The notes beneath the pieces were generated by a model. It ran no database searches. It was given only the letters and a program-made list of their open reading frames with translations, and was not told the origin of the DNA. The translations under genes and the position numbers were made by a program. A DNA stretch of 64,000 bases from positions 64,001 to 128,000 of the forward strand of contig CAWJQU010000013.1 of the NCBI GenBank assembly GCA_963845145.1, in the 5' to 3' direction. Below, piece by piece: positions 30,880 through 41,803 of the stretch (the first letter of the stretch is position 1; each line of letters begins with the position of its first letter). The stretch is from an uncultured delta proteobacterium. Lineage in GTDB: Bacteria; Desulfobacterota; Desulfobacteria; Desulfobacterales; QNYZ01.

Positions 30880-31362
30880 ATGGAAGGTTCCTTGGAAAAA
30901 AAAGAACTGCACACTTTTTATGCCGATAAAGAAGGCATCGCGACGATCGTCTGTCCAGCCTGCGGATATGTCAAGACGGTCAATGCGTTCAAATCCGGGA
31001 TTGCCCGGAAAAAATTCAAAACAAGATGTAAATGTGACCACATCTTCAGATTTATTATTGAAATCCGTACCATCTACCGCAAGGAAGTCAACTTTACGGG
31101 GCAATGCGAACATGTTAGATTAAAAAAAAGAGAAGTCGTCCAGATCAAAGACCTTTCACAGAACGGTGTTGGATTCAAACACCCTGCCCCCTTTGGTATC
31201 ACCGTCGGCGACCGACTCAAGGTTGCTTTCAGACTTGATAATGCGATGAGTTCAAAAATCAGTCTGCTGGTTGAAGTCACACGCATTGACAACCAGTTTA
31301 TCGGCGCCCGATTTATCGGGCCGAAACCCGACCCAGCCTTGGGCTTTTACCTTCAAAGCTAA
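30880..31362 (+). CDS. PilZ-domain protein with an N-terminal Zn ribbon
   Basis: CPAC..CKC, RTIYR (RxxxR), DLSQNG (DxSxxG). Confidence 0.85.
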   Translation: MEGSLEKKELHTFYADKEGIATIVCPACGYVKTVNAFKSGIARKKFKTRCKCDHIFRFIIEIRTIYRKEVNFTGQCEHVRLKKREVVQIKDLSQNGVGFKHPAPFGITVGDRLKVAFRLDNAMSSKISLLVEVTRIDNQFIGARFIGPKPDPALGFYLQS

Positions 31363-31544
31363 ACAAAAATAGCTGCATAGTCGTCGCTGCACAATAGCCG
31401 TTGAATAGTTAGGCCTGTTTCTTCAGCGCCCCTTCGCATTATGGTTCAGCGGGCGATACCTACGCGCCGGGCTTTTAGGTTTCGCGGGAAAACACTTTAA
31501 GCTCATTACTATACAAAAAAACAAAAAAAAGTAATAAAATATAT

Positions 31545-31572
31545 TTGACATGGCTCGTGTTATGATTAGATT
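31545..31572 (+). promoter_or_regulatory. Sigma70-type promoter of clpB
   Basis: TTGACA-N16-TAGATT preceded by an A-rich UP-like tract. Confidence 0.5.
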
Positions 31573-31622
31573 CCCGGCAGTAGATAACTGAATAAATAAC
31601 GGTATTATTTCAGGAGATAAGG

Positions 31623-34232
31623 ATGCGATTTGACAAATTTACCATTAAATCTCAAGAGCTGATTCAAAACGCCCAGGCATTGGCTACCCGGCATCATCAC
31701 CAGCAACTGGAACCGATTCACTTGCTGGCGGCCATGTTGTCCGAGAAAGAAAACGCCGAGAAAAACAACGTGGTACGCTCCATGTTTCGAAAACTCGGTG
31801 TTTCGCCAGGCGCCCTTGGCCCTGATATTGAGACGGCCATGGAAAGATTACCCCGGGTGAGCGGTGTTGGGGAGGTCTATCTTTCCGCGAAGACCAAGGC
31901 GGTACTGGAATCCGCTTTTGAAGAAGCCGCCCGATTGAAAGACGAATATGTGAGCGTTGAACATATTTTGTTGTCGCTGGCCGACGCCCAGGCAGGGGAT
32001 ACCGCCGAGCTTTTGAATCGATACGGAATGACCCGGGATGCGATTTTAAAAGGCATGGTGGCTGTTCGGGGGAATCAGCGGGTTACCGATCCCAACCCCG
32101 AGGAGAAATACGAGGCCCTGGATCGGTTCAGCCGGGATTTGACCGATTTGGCCCGACGGGGGAAGCTGGACCCGGTGATCGGCCGTGATGAGGAAATTCG
32201 TCGGATCGTTCAGGTTTTGTCTCGTCGAACCAAAAACAATCCCGTTCTGATCGGCGAACCCGGTGTGGGTAAAACCGCTATCATCGAGGGGTTGGCCCAA
32301 CGGATCACCGCCGGAGACGTTTCCGAAACATTGAAGAATCGGCGCCTGGTGGCTTTGGATATGGGGGCCTTGATCGCCGGCGCCAAATACCGGGGGGAGT
32401 TCGAGGATCGTTTGAAGGCGGTGTTAAAGGAAGTTGAAAAGGCCGAAGGCGAGGTGATCCTGTTCATCGACGAATTACATACGTTGGTAGGCGCCGGTGC
32501 TGCAGAAGGGTCTATGGACGCTTCCAACATGCTCAAACCTGCCCTTGCCCGGGGAACACTGCGGTGTGTGGGCGCGACTACTTTAAACGAGTATCGTAAG
32601 TATATTGAAAAGGACGCCGCTCTGGAGCGTCGTTTTCAACCGGTTCTAGTGGCTGAACCGACGGTTGAGGATACTATCTCGATATTGAGAGGGTTAAAAG
32701 AAAAATACGAGGTTCACCATGGTGTTCGAATTAAGGATTCGGCTATCGTTGCGGCGGCAACCCTGTCTCATCGGTATATTGCCGATCGGTTTTTGCCGGA
32801 CAAAGCCATTGATTTAATGGATGAGTGTGCTTCCAAGTTACGCATTGAAATTGACAGCCTGCCCACCGAAATTGATGAGATTCAGCGTAAGATGACCCAG
32901 ATGGAAATCGAACGACAGGCGCTGAAAAAAGAGAACGATTCCGCTTCCAGAGAGCGTTTGAACACGCTCGAAGCCCATTTGGCCGAAATGAATGAGCAGA
33001 TTCGGGAAATGAAGGCGCACTGGCAGAATGAAAAAGAGGCGATTCAAACCATTCGTGAAATTAAAGAACATCAGGAGCATTTGGGTATCGAGGCGCAGCA
33101 GGCGGAAAGGGATGGGGACCTGAACCGCGTGGCGGAAATTCGTTACGGTCGGCTGACCGAGCTTGAAAATGAACTGTCGGTGGCGAACCGGAAGCTGGAA
33201 GAGCTGCAAGTGGAAAGGAAAATGCTGAAGGAAGAGGTCGATGATGAGGACATTGCCGAAGTGGTATCACACTGGACGGGGATTCCGGTAAGTCGCATGC
33301 TCGAAAGCGAGCGTGAAAAATTGGTGCGCATGGAATCCCATCTGGGCCAACGGGTGATCGGTCAGGCTGAGGCTATTGAAGCGGTCTCAAATGCCGTACG
33401 ACGGGCCCGTAGCGGCCTGCAGGATCCCGAACGGCCCATTGGTTCCTTTATTTTCATGGGGCCTACCGGTGTTGGGAAAACCGAACTGGCCAAAGCCCTG
33501 GCCGCGTTTATGTTTGATGACGAGCAAGCCATTGTGCGCATCGATATGTCCGAATTTATGGAGAAACATGCTGTTTCGCGGCTAATCGGTGCCCCTCCGG
33601 GTTATGTGGGTTACGAAGAGGGCGGCTATCTCACGGAGGCCGTCCGCCGTCGGCCCTATTCGGTAATTCTCTTTGATGAGATCGAAAAGGCGCATCCCGA
33701 GGTCTTTAACATCTTGCTCCAGATCTTAGACGATGGCCGCATGACGGACGGTCACGGTCGCACGGTTGATTTTAAAAACACCTTAATTATCATGACATCG
33801 AATGTGGGCAGTCATATGATTCAGGAAATGGGTGACCAAGGTTTTGATGAACCCGAACAAAAAGAGATGGAAAGGAAAGTGAATGAAGCCCTGAGGGCGC
33901 AATTCAAACCCGAATTTTTAAACCGAATCGACGAAATCATTATTTTTCACAATCTCTCACCGGATCAGATCGGGGCCATTGTGGATATTCAGATCGAGTA
34001 TCTGGTCCAGCGGCTGGCGGGCCTGAATATTGAGTTGGCACTTAAAAACAGTGCGCGCAATTTTTTAGCTGAAAAAGGGTACGATCGGATTTACGGGGCC
34101 AGACCCTTAAAACGGGCCATTCAGCGTTATGTGGAAAATCCACTGTCCATGGCCATTTTAAAGGGTGAGATCAAGGCCAATAGTAAGGTTCGGGTTGATG
34201 TCGATGGGGATGTATTGGATTTTAGGTATTGA
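31623..34232 (+). CDS. clpB: Chaperone ClpB
   Basis: Two AAA+ modules ([16 protein letters not shown]), long coiled-coil middle domain, GARPL. Confidence 0.97.
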   Translation: MRFDKFTIKSQELIQNAQALATRHHHQQLEPIHLLAAMLSEKENAEKNNVVRSMFRKLGVSPGALGPDIETAMERLPRVSGVGEVYLSAKTKAVLESAFEEAARLKDEYVSVEHILLSLADAQAGDTAELLNRYGMTRDAILKGMVAVRGNQRVTDPNPEEKYEALDRFSRDLTDLARRGKLDPVIGRDEEIRRIVQVLSRRTKNNPVLIGEPGVGKTAIIEGLAQRITAGDVSETLKNRRLVALDMGALIAGAKYRGEFEDRLKAVLKEVEKAEGEVILFIDELHTLVGAGAAEGSMDASNMLKPALARGTLRCVGATTLNEYRKYIEKDAALERRFQPVLVAEPTVEDTISILRGLKEKYEVHHGVRIKDSAIVAAATLSHRYIADRFLPDKAIDLMDECASKLRIEIDSLPTEIDEIQRKMTQMEIERQALKKENDSASRERLNTLEAHLAEMNEQIREMKAHWQNEKEAIQTIREIKEHQEHLGIEAQQAERDGDLNRVAEIRYGRLTELENELSVANRKLEELQVERKMLKEEVDDEDIAEVVSHWTGIPVSRMLESEREKLVRMESHLGQRVIGQAEAIEAVSNAVRRARSGLQDPERPIGSFIFMGPTGVGKTELAKALAAFMFDDEQAIVRIDMSEFMEKHAVSRLIGAPPGYVGYEEGGYLTEAVRRRPYSVILFDEIEKAHPEVFNILLQILDDGRMTDGHGRTVDFKNTLIIMTSNVGSHMIQEMGDQGFDEPEQKEMERKVNEALRAQFKPEFLNRIDEIIIFHNLSPDQIGAIVDIQIEYLVQRLAGLNIELALKNSARNFLAEKGYDRIYGARPLKRAIQRYVENPLSMAILKGEIKANSKVRVDVDGDVLDFRY

Positions 34233-34303
34233 TGTCGCTAACGGGTACATGCATCGAAAGATGAACAAAATGAAATCATCTGAGGCATCGATTTCTGATA
34301 GAG

Positions 34304-34345
34304 AATAAAAAAACCCGAAGCGAAAAACGCTCCGGGTTTTTTATT
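34304..34345. terminator. Bidirectional intrinsic terminator between clpB and the porin gene
   Basis: A7-CCCGAAGCG-AAAAA-CGCTCCGGG-T6. Confidence 0.85.
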
Positions 34346-34378
34346 ACGTCATTCTATAGCGATGTAAACGTTACATGC

Positions 34379-35409
34379 TTAGAAGTTGATCTGCCATTTG
34401 ATACCACCATAAATGGAATCGCCTTGGTCGGAGCCATCAGAACCGTCACCAAAATCGTAACCACCGATTTCCGGAACGATGAAGAAGCCTGGGGCCAAGG
34501 TAACAACAGCCTGGCCGTAGTAGGCCAGTTCGTCATCATCTTCGGCAAATACATCATCATTTTCACTGACGGTGTAACCTGCACCAACCTCAAAGGAAAG
34601 CATATCAGTGGCTTTAAATGTGGCCACAAAAATACCACCTAAAGAATTGGTATCTTCTATAGAGTCACCCACGACGACGGCGTCATCAGCCGTATCATGA
34701 AACAATCCGTAGTTACCTACGTTCTGGCCATAGAACCCGTCCAACGCCAAAACAACCGGACCCAGATTAAACTTAGCGCCAATCGCGGCCACATAAGCGG
34801 TCACGTTTTCGTCAATACCATTGGGATCAACGGTCCAGCTTTGGGCACCACCCTGAAAAGCCAGGGCTACGGGGCCGGCATTCAGGTCGTAGGACACTTC
34901 GATTTTGGGCAGAAGCGCTTCGGGGAGCTTGCGTCCTCCAAGTTGAGATTGCTTTCATTGGCATCCAGCAGGGCCACTTTGAAATCACCCATCGAAAGTC
35001 GCAGCGCTGCGTTCCGGCCACCGTACACACCACCGACATTCAGCAGATCTGTATCGCTGCCAAACACCTGGTTGGAGTAGAACATATTGACCGGTGTATA
35101 CATCTGTCCAACTGTAAAAGAACCCCCGCCAAAATCCCAGGAGCCGTAAAGCAGCCGAGTGTTAACGCCGGTACCATATTCAAAACGACCGGAAATAGCG
35201 CCGTTTTTCACACGGGCACCGATACGGGAGTTCCCCTGGAGACCCAGGCTAAAATTGTCGGTATCGAGGTCTTTATCAACGCCTTCATAAAAGGTGGAAA
35301 CACGTGAGCTTCCATAAAAGGCCCAACTTGCAGCATCCGCAGCGGCGGCAGGTAAGGTAAAGGCCACAACCAGCGCGAGCGCTGTAAAAAGCACAAATAA
35401 TTTCTTCAT
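34379..35409 (-). CDS. Outer-membrane porin-like beta-barrel, frameshifted near 34922-34925
   Basis: Signal peptide MKKLFVL..AAAA, amphipathic strands and C-terminal WQINF. ORFs 34882-35421 and 34379-34897 join (DASS..EALLPKIEVSYD) with one added base. Confidence 0.8.
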
Positions 35410-35431
35410 TTCTTCCTCCATTAGAATTTTA

Positions 35432-35465
35432 AAAAAAATAGCGATACTAAAAAAATAACGATACT
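35432..35465. repeat. 17-bp tandem duplication in the porin leader
   Basis: AAAAAAATAGCGATACT followed by AAAAAAATAACGATACT (16/17 identical). Confidence 0.8.
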
Positions 35466-35755
35466 ACAGACCTGTTCTCAATAATTTCCTCATTCATCTT
35501 TATGCCTGTCGACTGCACCCACCACCTCCTTTCTTCCACAGGCAAATTTATCAACAAATATGTCCATCAATCGTGCTTGTCAAGTGTTTTTATTGGAAAT
35601 ACAGTAAAAAAAACGGTTATCCAATCAGCGATCGCTTGTTGGCTGGGCTTTCGTTAATAACAAAAGCGGTATATATTGTGTAACTACCTTATTATTCAAA
35701 CTATATATTGATTATTATAGATATCTGGACAGCTTGATTCAAATGCGTCTCAAAA

Positions 35756-36991
35756 TCAAACCTCCTGGAATTTCAGGTTCCCGAGACCTTCCAGCCTGAA
35801 TTGTTTACTATCGCTGTACTTTTTAATGATTTCGGCCGCTTCGCGGTTAAGCGCCATTTGTTCCGGTGAGATTTCGGTACTGAAACCAAGATAAAATGGA
35901 CCCAGGTGTACAGGATCCCCCGGGTAATGATCGTGAATAACGGTTTGTGGGTGGGCGTAGAGCCATCTCAATTGGGCGGTGGTCATGGATTGGCTCGGCA
36001 TGCCTTTAAAAAACCGTTCCAGGTCCCGAATATCTTCCTCAATCAGATTGCCCCATCCCAGGATAACGTTACCGTTCACTTTTACCTTGTATTCTGCACA
36101 GATTTCAAGGGTTTCCAAAATATCTGCTTTTGTGATCCCTTTGCCCATATAAGCCAACATTCGATCCGACGGGAATTCAACACCCAGCCCGAGGGTGAGG
36201 TTGGAAAAATCACCACCATTTTGCGCCAATGCCGCTTTTAAAGCCCGATTCTCGGCCTTGGCCGATCGCATGAATGTACGATATTCCAGATCGTCTCGCC
36301 TGGGTAAGTTTGGCAGAACCGCGGATATGTTTTTGGGTGTGATGGAGCCGGTATTGAGTCTGACTATTTTTCTGCCCGGATGGTTTAGTTCGGAGAAAGC
36401 ATAATCAATGGTTTTGCGGCCTCGAAATGCGTCACGAGGCGTTTCTTTAATGTTGCAATAGATACATTTACCCCAGTAACAGCCGTTGTCCAATGTATAT
36501 GAGAAATAGATCGGACTTTCCGGGGCCACCTGAGGAGATGGTGTCGTTAAGTGCCAACGGCCCGAAAAGTCATCAACACCAAACAGCTCCTCAACACTTT
36601 GGGCCGTGATTTGAAGATTTTTCGGGAAGCGGATATCGTCGCGAACTTGAAAGTAGAGCGGAGACCAATTCTTTGGATCGCAATTTTGAGATGCCGCGAC
36701 AGGTCCACCGACCACAAATGTCACTTGAGGGTAATCGCGAGCCCAAATATAAGCTTGATAGAGGTGGTTGATGTAGGCTGCACTGACATATACGGTTCCG
36801 CTGCTTATCGGCAGCTTGCGGGATGTGTAGATGTCTTCCTCGTGCCACTTTGAGCTGTCACCCTCATGATCCACCCAGAGAAAATCGCCCTTGTTCCGAC
36901 ACAAATCGTAGGTATCCGAAAACCCGTTGGTCAGGTCATAATAGGTGCTTTTGGATTGGCTGAAAAATTGAACGAACAGTACTTCCGGCAT
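35756..36991 (-). CDS. Radical SAM protein (resembles the B12-binding class)
   Basis: VGGP, GCYWGKCIYC, GVEFPSDRMLAYMGKG. Confidence 0.75.
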   Translation of the reverse strand: MPEVLFVQFFSQSKSTYYDLTNGFSDTYDLCRNKGDFLWVDHEGDSSKWHEEDIYTSRKLPISSGTVYVSAAYINHLYQAYIWARDYPQVTFVVGGPVAASQNCDPKNWSPLYFQVRDDIRFPKNLQITAQSVEELFGVDDFSGRWHLTTPSPQVAPESPIYFSYTLDNGCYWGKCIYCNIKETPRDAFRGRKTIDYAFSELNHPGRKIVRLNTGSITPKNISAVLPNLPRRDDLEYRTFMRSAKAENRALKAALAQNGGDFSNLTLGLGVEFPSDRMLAYMGKGITKADILETLEICAEYKVKVNGNVILGWGNLIEEDIRDLERFFKGMPSQSMTTAQLRWLYAHPQTVIHDHYPGDPVHLGPFYLGFSTEISPEQMALNREAAEIIKKYSDSKQFRLEGLGNLKFQEV

Positions 36992-37097
36992 AGGATGTCC
37001 TCATATTAAGTGTCATTGCCGTGAGATCAACACCGGCTATAAATGGAAGGTATGACGTCTTGGTGGACTTACAAGTGTTTGAAAAACGGTGGCACCT

Positions 37098-38930
37098 CTA
37101 TGCGCGACGACCGAACGATTTTTCAAGCATCTCCACTGACCATTCAATCCAGATAGGGCGGCCATGGGGGCAGTGGGCGGGGTTGTCACAGGCCATGAGC
37201 TGATCCAACAGGGCCTGTTGCTCGGTGACATCAAGACGTTGGTTTGCGCGCAGGGCACCATGGCAAGCCATGAGAATCAGACTTTCATCAAGCGCTTTGT
37301 CGAATTTTGGGGTATGCCCTGTTTCCGATATCTTTTCGAGTATTTCTCGAATCAGAGGGGCTGCTTCACCCCCTCCCAATAGGGCCGGCATCGCCTTTAC
37401 GACGAAGGTGTTTTGTCCAAAGGGCTCAATTTCAAGACCCATCCGGGCCAAATCCGGTCGAATCCGTTCAAGATTGTCGGCTTCCGTAAAATTCAACTCA
37501 ATGGTCTCCGGGATTAACAGTCGTTGAATCGGACCTTTTCCAGTGTCATAGCGTTTCTTTAGATCTTCAAACATAATCCGTTCGTGGGCCGCATGCTGGT
37601 CGATGATGATTAGCCCTTCAACAGATTCACAGAGAATGTACGTTCCGTGAAATTGGCCGATAATACGGTATTGATGCGAAACGGCCTCGGTTAACAACGA
37701 TCCTGTTTGGGGGGACTCGGTTTCGATCCTGTCGTTTTTGCCTTCCGATTTTGCTTTGTCGTGGATAGGGGCGTGCCCGACATGGGGTGGCTTGAGTGTC
37801 CATGATAGGCCAGGAGATAGACCCAGAGATAAATCAGGCTCACCCGGAGGCGGCGATGGCTGGGCCGGTTCATACACGGCCGGTTCTTCAGCAATAGCGC
37901 TCGGTTGGATTGTCCGGTCTTTTGGCTTCCAGGGTATTGCTTGGCTCTGTTTTAAGGTGCTTGAGACCGTTGCCGCCACGAGGTCATGCACCGCTCGTTG
38001 TTGAAAAAAGCGTACCTCGTGTTTGGTTGGGTGGACATTCACATCCACTTCATCCGGGGGGACATTGATGAAAAGAACCGCCAGGGGAAATCGGCCTTTC
38101 ATCAACCGTCCGGTATAGGCCGCGAGCAGCGCGTGACGAATCATGCGATCACGCACCACACGGCCATTGACGTATAAATGAATTCCCTGGAAGGTACTTC
38201 GAAATAGATCGGGTAGTGCGATCCATCCGGACAACTTAATCCGCTCCGCCCGGGCGTTTATGGGACGAAGCCTGTTCCTCACGTTCCGGCCTAAAATATC
38301 GGCAATCCGGTCAACGGGATCAGCAACGGCCGGCCATTCCTTGATCGATTTATCGTTATGGCGCAGACGGATACGGATATTCGGATGGCCCATGGCCACA
38401 GCGGATACGGTGTCGCCGATATGGCCCATTTCCGTATTGACTGTTTTTAAGAATTTTCGTCGTGCCGGTGTGTTGAAAAATAACTGTCTGACCGAAATAA
38501 GTGTACCGACAGGTGCCCCGACGTCGGACACCTTGTCTATGCGGCCGCCGGTAACATCGATTTGCGTTCCGGATGGCGAAGTGGCATCCCGCGTGACCAT
38601 CCTGAAACGAGAAACGGAGGCAATACTGGGCAAAGCTTCCCCCCGAAAGCCCAGGGTTTGAATGGCAAACAGGTCCCGATCTGTGGCGATTTTGCTGGTG
38701 GCATAACGTTCCAAAGCCAAAAGTGCATCATCCTGGTTCATACCTATGCCGTTGTCGGCAATCTCGATCAGTGAGCGACCGCCGTTTTTGATTTCGATAT
38801 CAATTCTTGTGCTTTCGGCGTCCAGCGCATTTTCAATCAACTCTTTAACCACCGAGGCGGGACGTTCTACGACCTCACCGGCGGCGATTTTGTTGGATAA
38901 AATTTCAGGCAGAATTCGAATGCGCGACAT
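37098..38930 (-). CDS. mutL: DNA mismatch repair endonuclease MutL
   Basis: IAAGEVVERP, GFRGEAL, DQHAAHER, ACH, CPHGRP. Confidence 0.97.
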   Translation of the reverse strand: MSRIRILPEILSNKIAAGEVVERPASVVKELIENALDAESTRIDIEIKNGGRSLIEIADNGIGMNQDDALLALERYATSKIATDRDLFAIQTLGFRGEALPSIASVSRFRMVTRDATSPSGTQIDVTGGRIDKVSDVGAPVGTLISVRQLFFNTPARRKFLKTVNTEMGHIGDTVSAVAMGHPNIRIRLRHNDKSIKEWPAVADPVDRIADILGRNVRNRLRPINARAERIKLSGWIALPDLFRSTFQGIHLYVNGRVVRDRMIRHALLAAYTGRLMKGRFPLAVLFINVPPDEVDVNVHPTKHEVRFFQQRAVHDLVAATVSSTLKQSQAIPWKPKDRTIQPSAIAEEPAVYEPAQPSPPPGEPDLSLGLSPGLSWTLKPPHVGHAPIHDKAKSEGKNDRIETESPQTGSLLTEAVSHQYRIIGQFHGTYILCESVEGLIIIDQHAAHERIMFEDLKKRYDTGKGPIQRLLIPETIELNFTEADNLERIRPDLARMGLEIEPFGQNTFVVKAMPALLGGGEAAPLIREILEKISETGHTPKFDKALDESLILMACHGALRANQRLDVTEQQALLDQLMACDNPAHCPHGRPIWIEWSVEMLEKSFGRRA

Positions 38931-38989
38931 GGCTTGTTCCAGTGGCTAATGGATCCTGACGTTAATTAAGGGGTCATGCTCATCGGTGG

Positions 38990-39169
38990 TTAACCGGCTT
39001 CTTCCCGCAGCCATTTTGAGAGGAATAATTCATCTTTGGGAGACAGGTTAAAACGCAGACCAGCGGCTTCGACCAAAGCCGGTAAGGACTTGTCCGGGTC
39101 ATCCACGCGCTGTTCCGATATCCATTTGACGGCTTTTCTTAAATCATCACCTTCAGGTTGAATATTCAT
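38990..39169 (-). CDS. Small hypothetical protein (59 aa)
   Basis: Below the track cutoff. RBS GAGGAGG precedes MNIQPEGDDLRKAVKWISEQRVDDPDKSLPALVEAAGLRFNLSPKDELFLSKWLREEAG; co-oriented between gatA and mutL. Confidence 0.8.
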   Translation of the reverse strand: MNIQPEGDDLRKAVKWISEQRVDDPDKSLPALVEAAGLRFNLSPKDELFLSKWLREEAG

Positions 39170-39263
39170 CGTACCTCCTCCATCGGTTGGCCGGTTCGCC
39201 CGGTTATATTGATCGGGCGCTCAGTCAGATTTACGGGCTAATCCGCCGAGGCGGACTAACGGA

Positions 39264-40727
39264 CTAACCGGTTGGTTTTTTCGTATGGAAATCCGTCGAC
39301 TGTTCAAAATTATAGGCGGCTTTCAGCAAGGTTTCTTCAGCAAAATGCGGGCCCATGAGCTGGAGACCGATGGGCAGATTGTCCTTGGAAAAACCACAGG
39401 GGACGGAAAGCCCGGGAATGCCGGCGAGGTTTGCCGAAAGAGTAAAAATATCGCTAAGATACATTGTCAGCGGGTCATCGTATAGTTCGCCAATCGGCCA
39501 GGCCGGCGTGGGTGTGACCGGTGACGCGATGATGTGACACTGTTCGAAAGCCTTTTTAAAATCTTCAATAATCAAGGTGCGGACTTGTGATGCTTTGGTA
39601 TAATACGCATCGTAATAGCCGGCGGAAAGGGCGTAGGTCCCGATAATGATTCGCCGCTGAACCTCGGAACCGAATCCGGTGGCCCGCGTATGACGGTACA
39701 TATCCGTCAGCGATTTTGCCTCCGGTTCGCGCCAACCGTATTTTACACCATCATAGCGGGCCAGGTTGGAACTGGCCTCACAGGGCGCGATGACATAATA
39801 GGTCGCGACGGCATAAGCCGTGTGGGGCAGGCTAATGGGCACTATTTCGGCGCCCAAATCGGCCATTTGTTCAATGGCAGCCGTTACCGCGTGTAACACA
39901 TCTGGGTCGAGCCCTTCAGTTGATCGAAATTCTTCCGGAATGCCGATGGTAAGTCCTTTTAGTCCGGTGGTTAAGGATTGGGTGTAGTCGGGAACGGGTC
40001 GTGATACCGATGTGGAATCGGCCGGATCATATCCGGCCACGGCATTAAGCAGTAAGGCACAATCTGTCACATCTTTTGCTAAGGGGCCGATCTGGTCGAG
40101 AGACGACGCGAAAGCCACCAATCCAAAACGCGACACCCGTCCGTAGGTTGGTTTTAATCCCACAACCCCGCAATGGGCGGCCGGCTGTCGAATGGAACCA
40201 CCGGTATCCGATCCTAAGGCGCCCAGGCACATATCCGATGCCACGGCCGCCGCTGATCCCCCACTGGACCCTCCTGGAATTCTTGAGAGATCCCATGGGT
40301 TGCGGGTTGGACCAAAGGCGGAATGTTCATTGGTAGAGCCCATGGCGAATTCGTCCATATTGAGCTTCCCCAGGATGACGGCACCGGCTTGGCGAAGTTT
40401 TTTTATAACTGTGGCATCGTAGGGCGGCATGAAACCTTTTAGTATTTTGGACCCGCATGTGGTGGGTATCCCTTGGGTACAGATCAAATCTTTTACGGCC
40501 AAAGGGACGCCCGTCAAAAGCCCCATATCACCTCGCGCAATGGCTTCATCGGCCTGTTGTGCCTGGGACATGGCCATATCCGCTGTCACCGTAATATAAG
40601 CGTTAATCCCGTCATTGGCCGTATTGATTTGTTCCAGAATGGCCGCTGTAAGCTCCGTGGAAGAGACTTTCTTCTCTTCCAGCAGCCGGCGAGCCTGGAA
40701 AATGGTCAGTTCATTCAAGCGGGTCAC
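39264..40727 (-). CDS. gatA: Asp/Glu-tRNA amidotransferase subunit A
   Basis: Amidase signature [27 protein letters not shown]. Confidence 0.97.
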   Translation of the reverse strand: MTRLNELTIFQARRLLEEKKVSSTELTAAILEQINTANDGINAYITVTADMAMSQAQQADEAIARGDMGLLTGVPLAVKDLICTQGIPTTCGSKILKGFMPPYDATVIKKLRQAGAVILGKLNMDEFAMGSTNEHSAFGPTRNPWDLSRIPGGSSGGSAAAVASDMCLGALGSDTGGSIRQPAAHCGVVGLKPTYGRVSRFGLVAFASSLDQIGPLAKDVTDCALLLNAVAGYDPADSTSVSRPVPDYTQSLTTGLKGLTIGIPEEFRSTEGLDPDVLHAVTAAIEQMADLGAEIVPISLPHTAYAVATYYVIAPCEASSNLARYDGVKYGWREPEAKSLTDMYRHTRATGFGSEVQRRIIIGTYALSAGYYDAYYTKASQVRTLIIEDFKKAFEQCHIIASPVTPTPAWPIGELYDDPLTMYLSDIFTLSANLAGIPGLSVPCGFSKDNLPIGLQLMGPHFAEETLLKAAYNFEQSTDFHTKKPTG

Positions 40728-41020
40728 GATGGATCTCCAATTATTTTAGGCACGATAAACGTGTCGTTATCTTTATCCGGCGCATTGGCCAGTGCTTTTT
40801 CCGCGGTGAGCTGGTTGGCCGGATTATCGTCTCTCAACGCGTTGGTCAGGGAAATGGCATGTGAGGTCGGCGCGATACCGGTTGTGTCCACCTCTTCAAG
40901 CGTGTGTACATATTGCAGAATGTCGGCGATCTGAGTGGCGAAGGTCTCCACCGATTTTTCGTCAAGCGCCAACCGGGCCAGTTTGGCCACATGCAGTACT
41001 TCATCTTTGGTGATTTCCAT
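40724..41020 (-). CDS. gatC: Asp/Glu-tRNA amidotransferase subunit C
   Basis: [23 protein letters not shown]; overlaps gatA. Confidence 0.95.
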   Translation of the reverse strand: MEITKDEVLHVAKLARLALDEKSVETFATQIADILQYVHTLEEVDTTGIAPTSHAISLTNALRDDNPANQLTAEKALANAPDKDNDTFIVPKIIGDPS

Positions 41021-41044
41021 CGTTTACCCTTATGTTATTTGGCA

Positions 41045-41800
41045 TTACCGGTTTGTTAAAATAATTCCCTGAATACCTTCTTTTTTAAGCCGGGAGAGTG
41101 CGATGTCGGCATCTTTTTGATTGCTGTATGGCCCAATTCTAACCCGATGTCTTTCCGCCTTTCCGGAAGCGGATGCTGAGGCAATATAGGCGTTAAATCC
41201 CTTCTTCCGCAATCGGGCGGCCATCCGTTTTGCTTCGTCAAGGTCCTGCATGGAAGCGGCCTGTAAGGTCCGGTAGATTTTCTCAGGCGTTTTCTCCGGT
41301 TTTTTAGCGGCCGGGGTAGGGATCGGGGCAGGCTTCGGCTTCGCTTTCGCCGTGGGCGATGGCCGGGGAGACGCCGGAGATATCGATTTCAGGCTTTTCT
41401 TGGGTATTTTAGGTGGTGGGCTGGGTTTAGTCGTTTTTATTTCAGGCGGGGGCTTTTTCTCCGTACGGCGAGAGTCTGGTTTTAATTCGCCCCTATTTGA
41501 ATTCTTTAGCCCCGCAAAAGGGTCCGAGGCCATCTCGCCGGTCAAGTCATGGGTCGGATCTTGCTTTTCCGCCACCTTCGCCGCTTTTTCAGCCATACTG
41601 TAGAGTTCTTTTTGAGAATCGTCAAATTTGAACTCAGTCGATAGGGTTCCGCGGCCCACCAGAATACCGAAAATGAACATCCAGACCGAAACAAATAAAA
41701 GTAAACCGACCCACGTCCCGGTACGCCAGGAGGGAGCGCTGGGCTTTGACCCCGATTTTTTAATCTTTGGCTTGGGATTCTTTTTTGAAACGGTTCGCAT
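41045..41800 (-). CDS. SPOR-domain cell-division protein (FtsN/DedD-like)
   Basis: Single TM, Pro/Lys-rich linker, LQAAS..HRVRIGPY. Confidence 0.88.
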   Translation of the reverse strand: MRTVSKKNPKPKIKKSGSKPSAPSWRTGTWVGLLLFVSVWMFIFGILVGRGTLSTEFKFDDSQKELYSMAEKAAKVAEKQDPTHDLTGEMASDPFAGLKNSNRGELKPDSRRTEKKPPPEIKTTKPSPPPKIPKKSLKSISPASPRPSPTAKAKPKPAPIPTPAAKKPEKTPEKIYRTLQAASMQDLDEAKRMAARLRKKGFNAYIASASASGKAERHRVRIGPYSNQKDADIALSRLKKEGIQGIILTNR

Positions 41801-41803
41801 GAT

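Noticed and set aside
31380..31500. GC-rich intergenic stretch after the PilZ gene as a c-di-GMP riboswitch or ncRNA
   Set aside because: No convincing match to riboswitch consensus by eye; an Infernal search would be needed.
39264..41020. gatCA without gatB
   Set aside because: gatB is often encoded separately; not anomalous.
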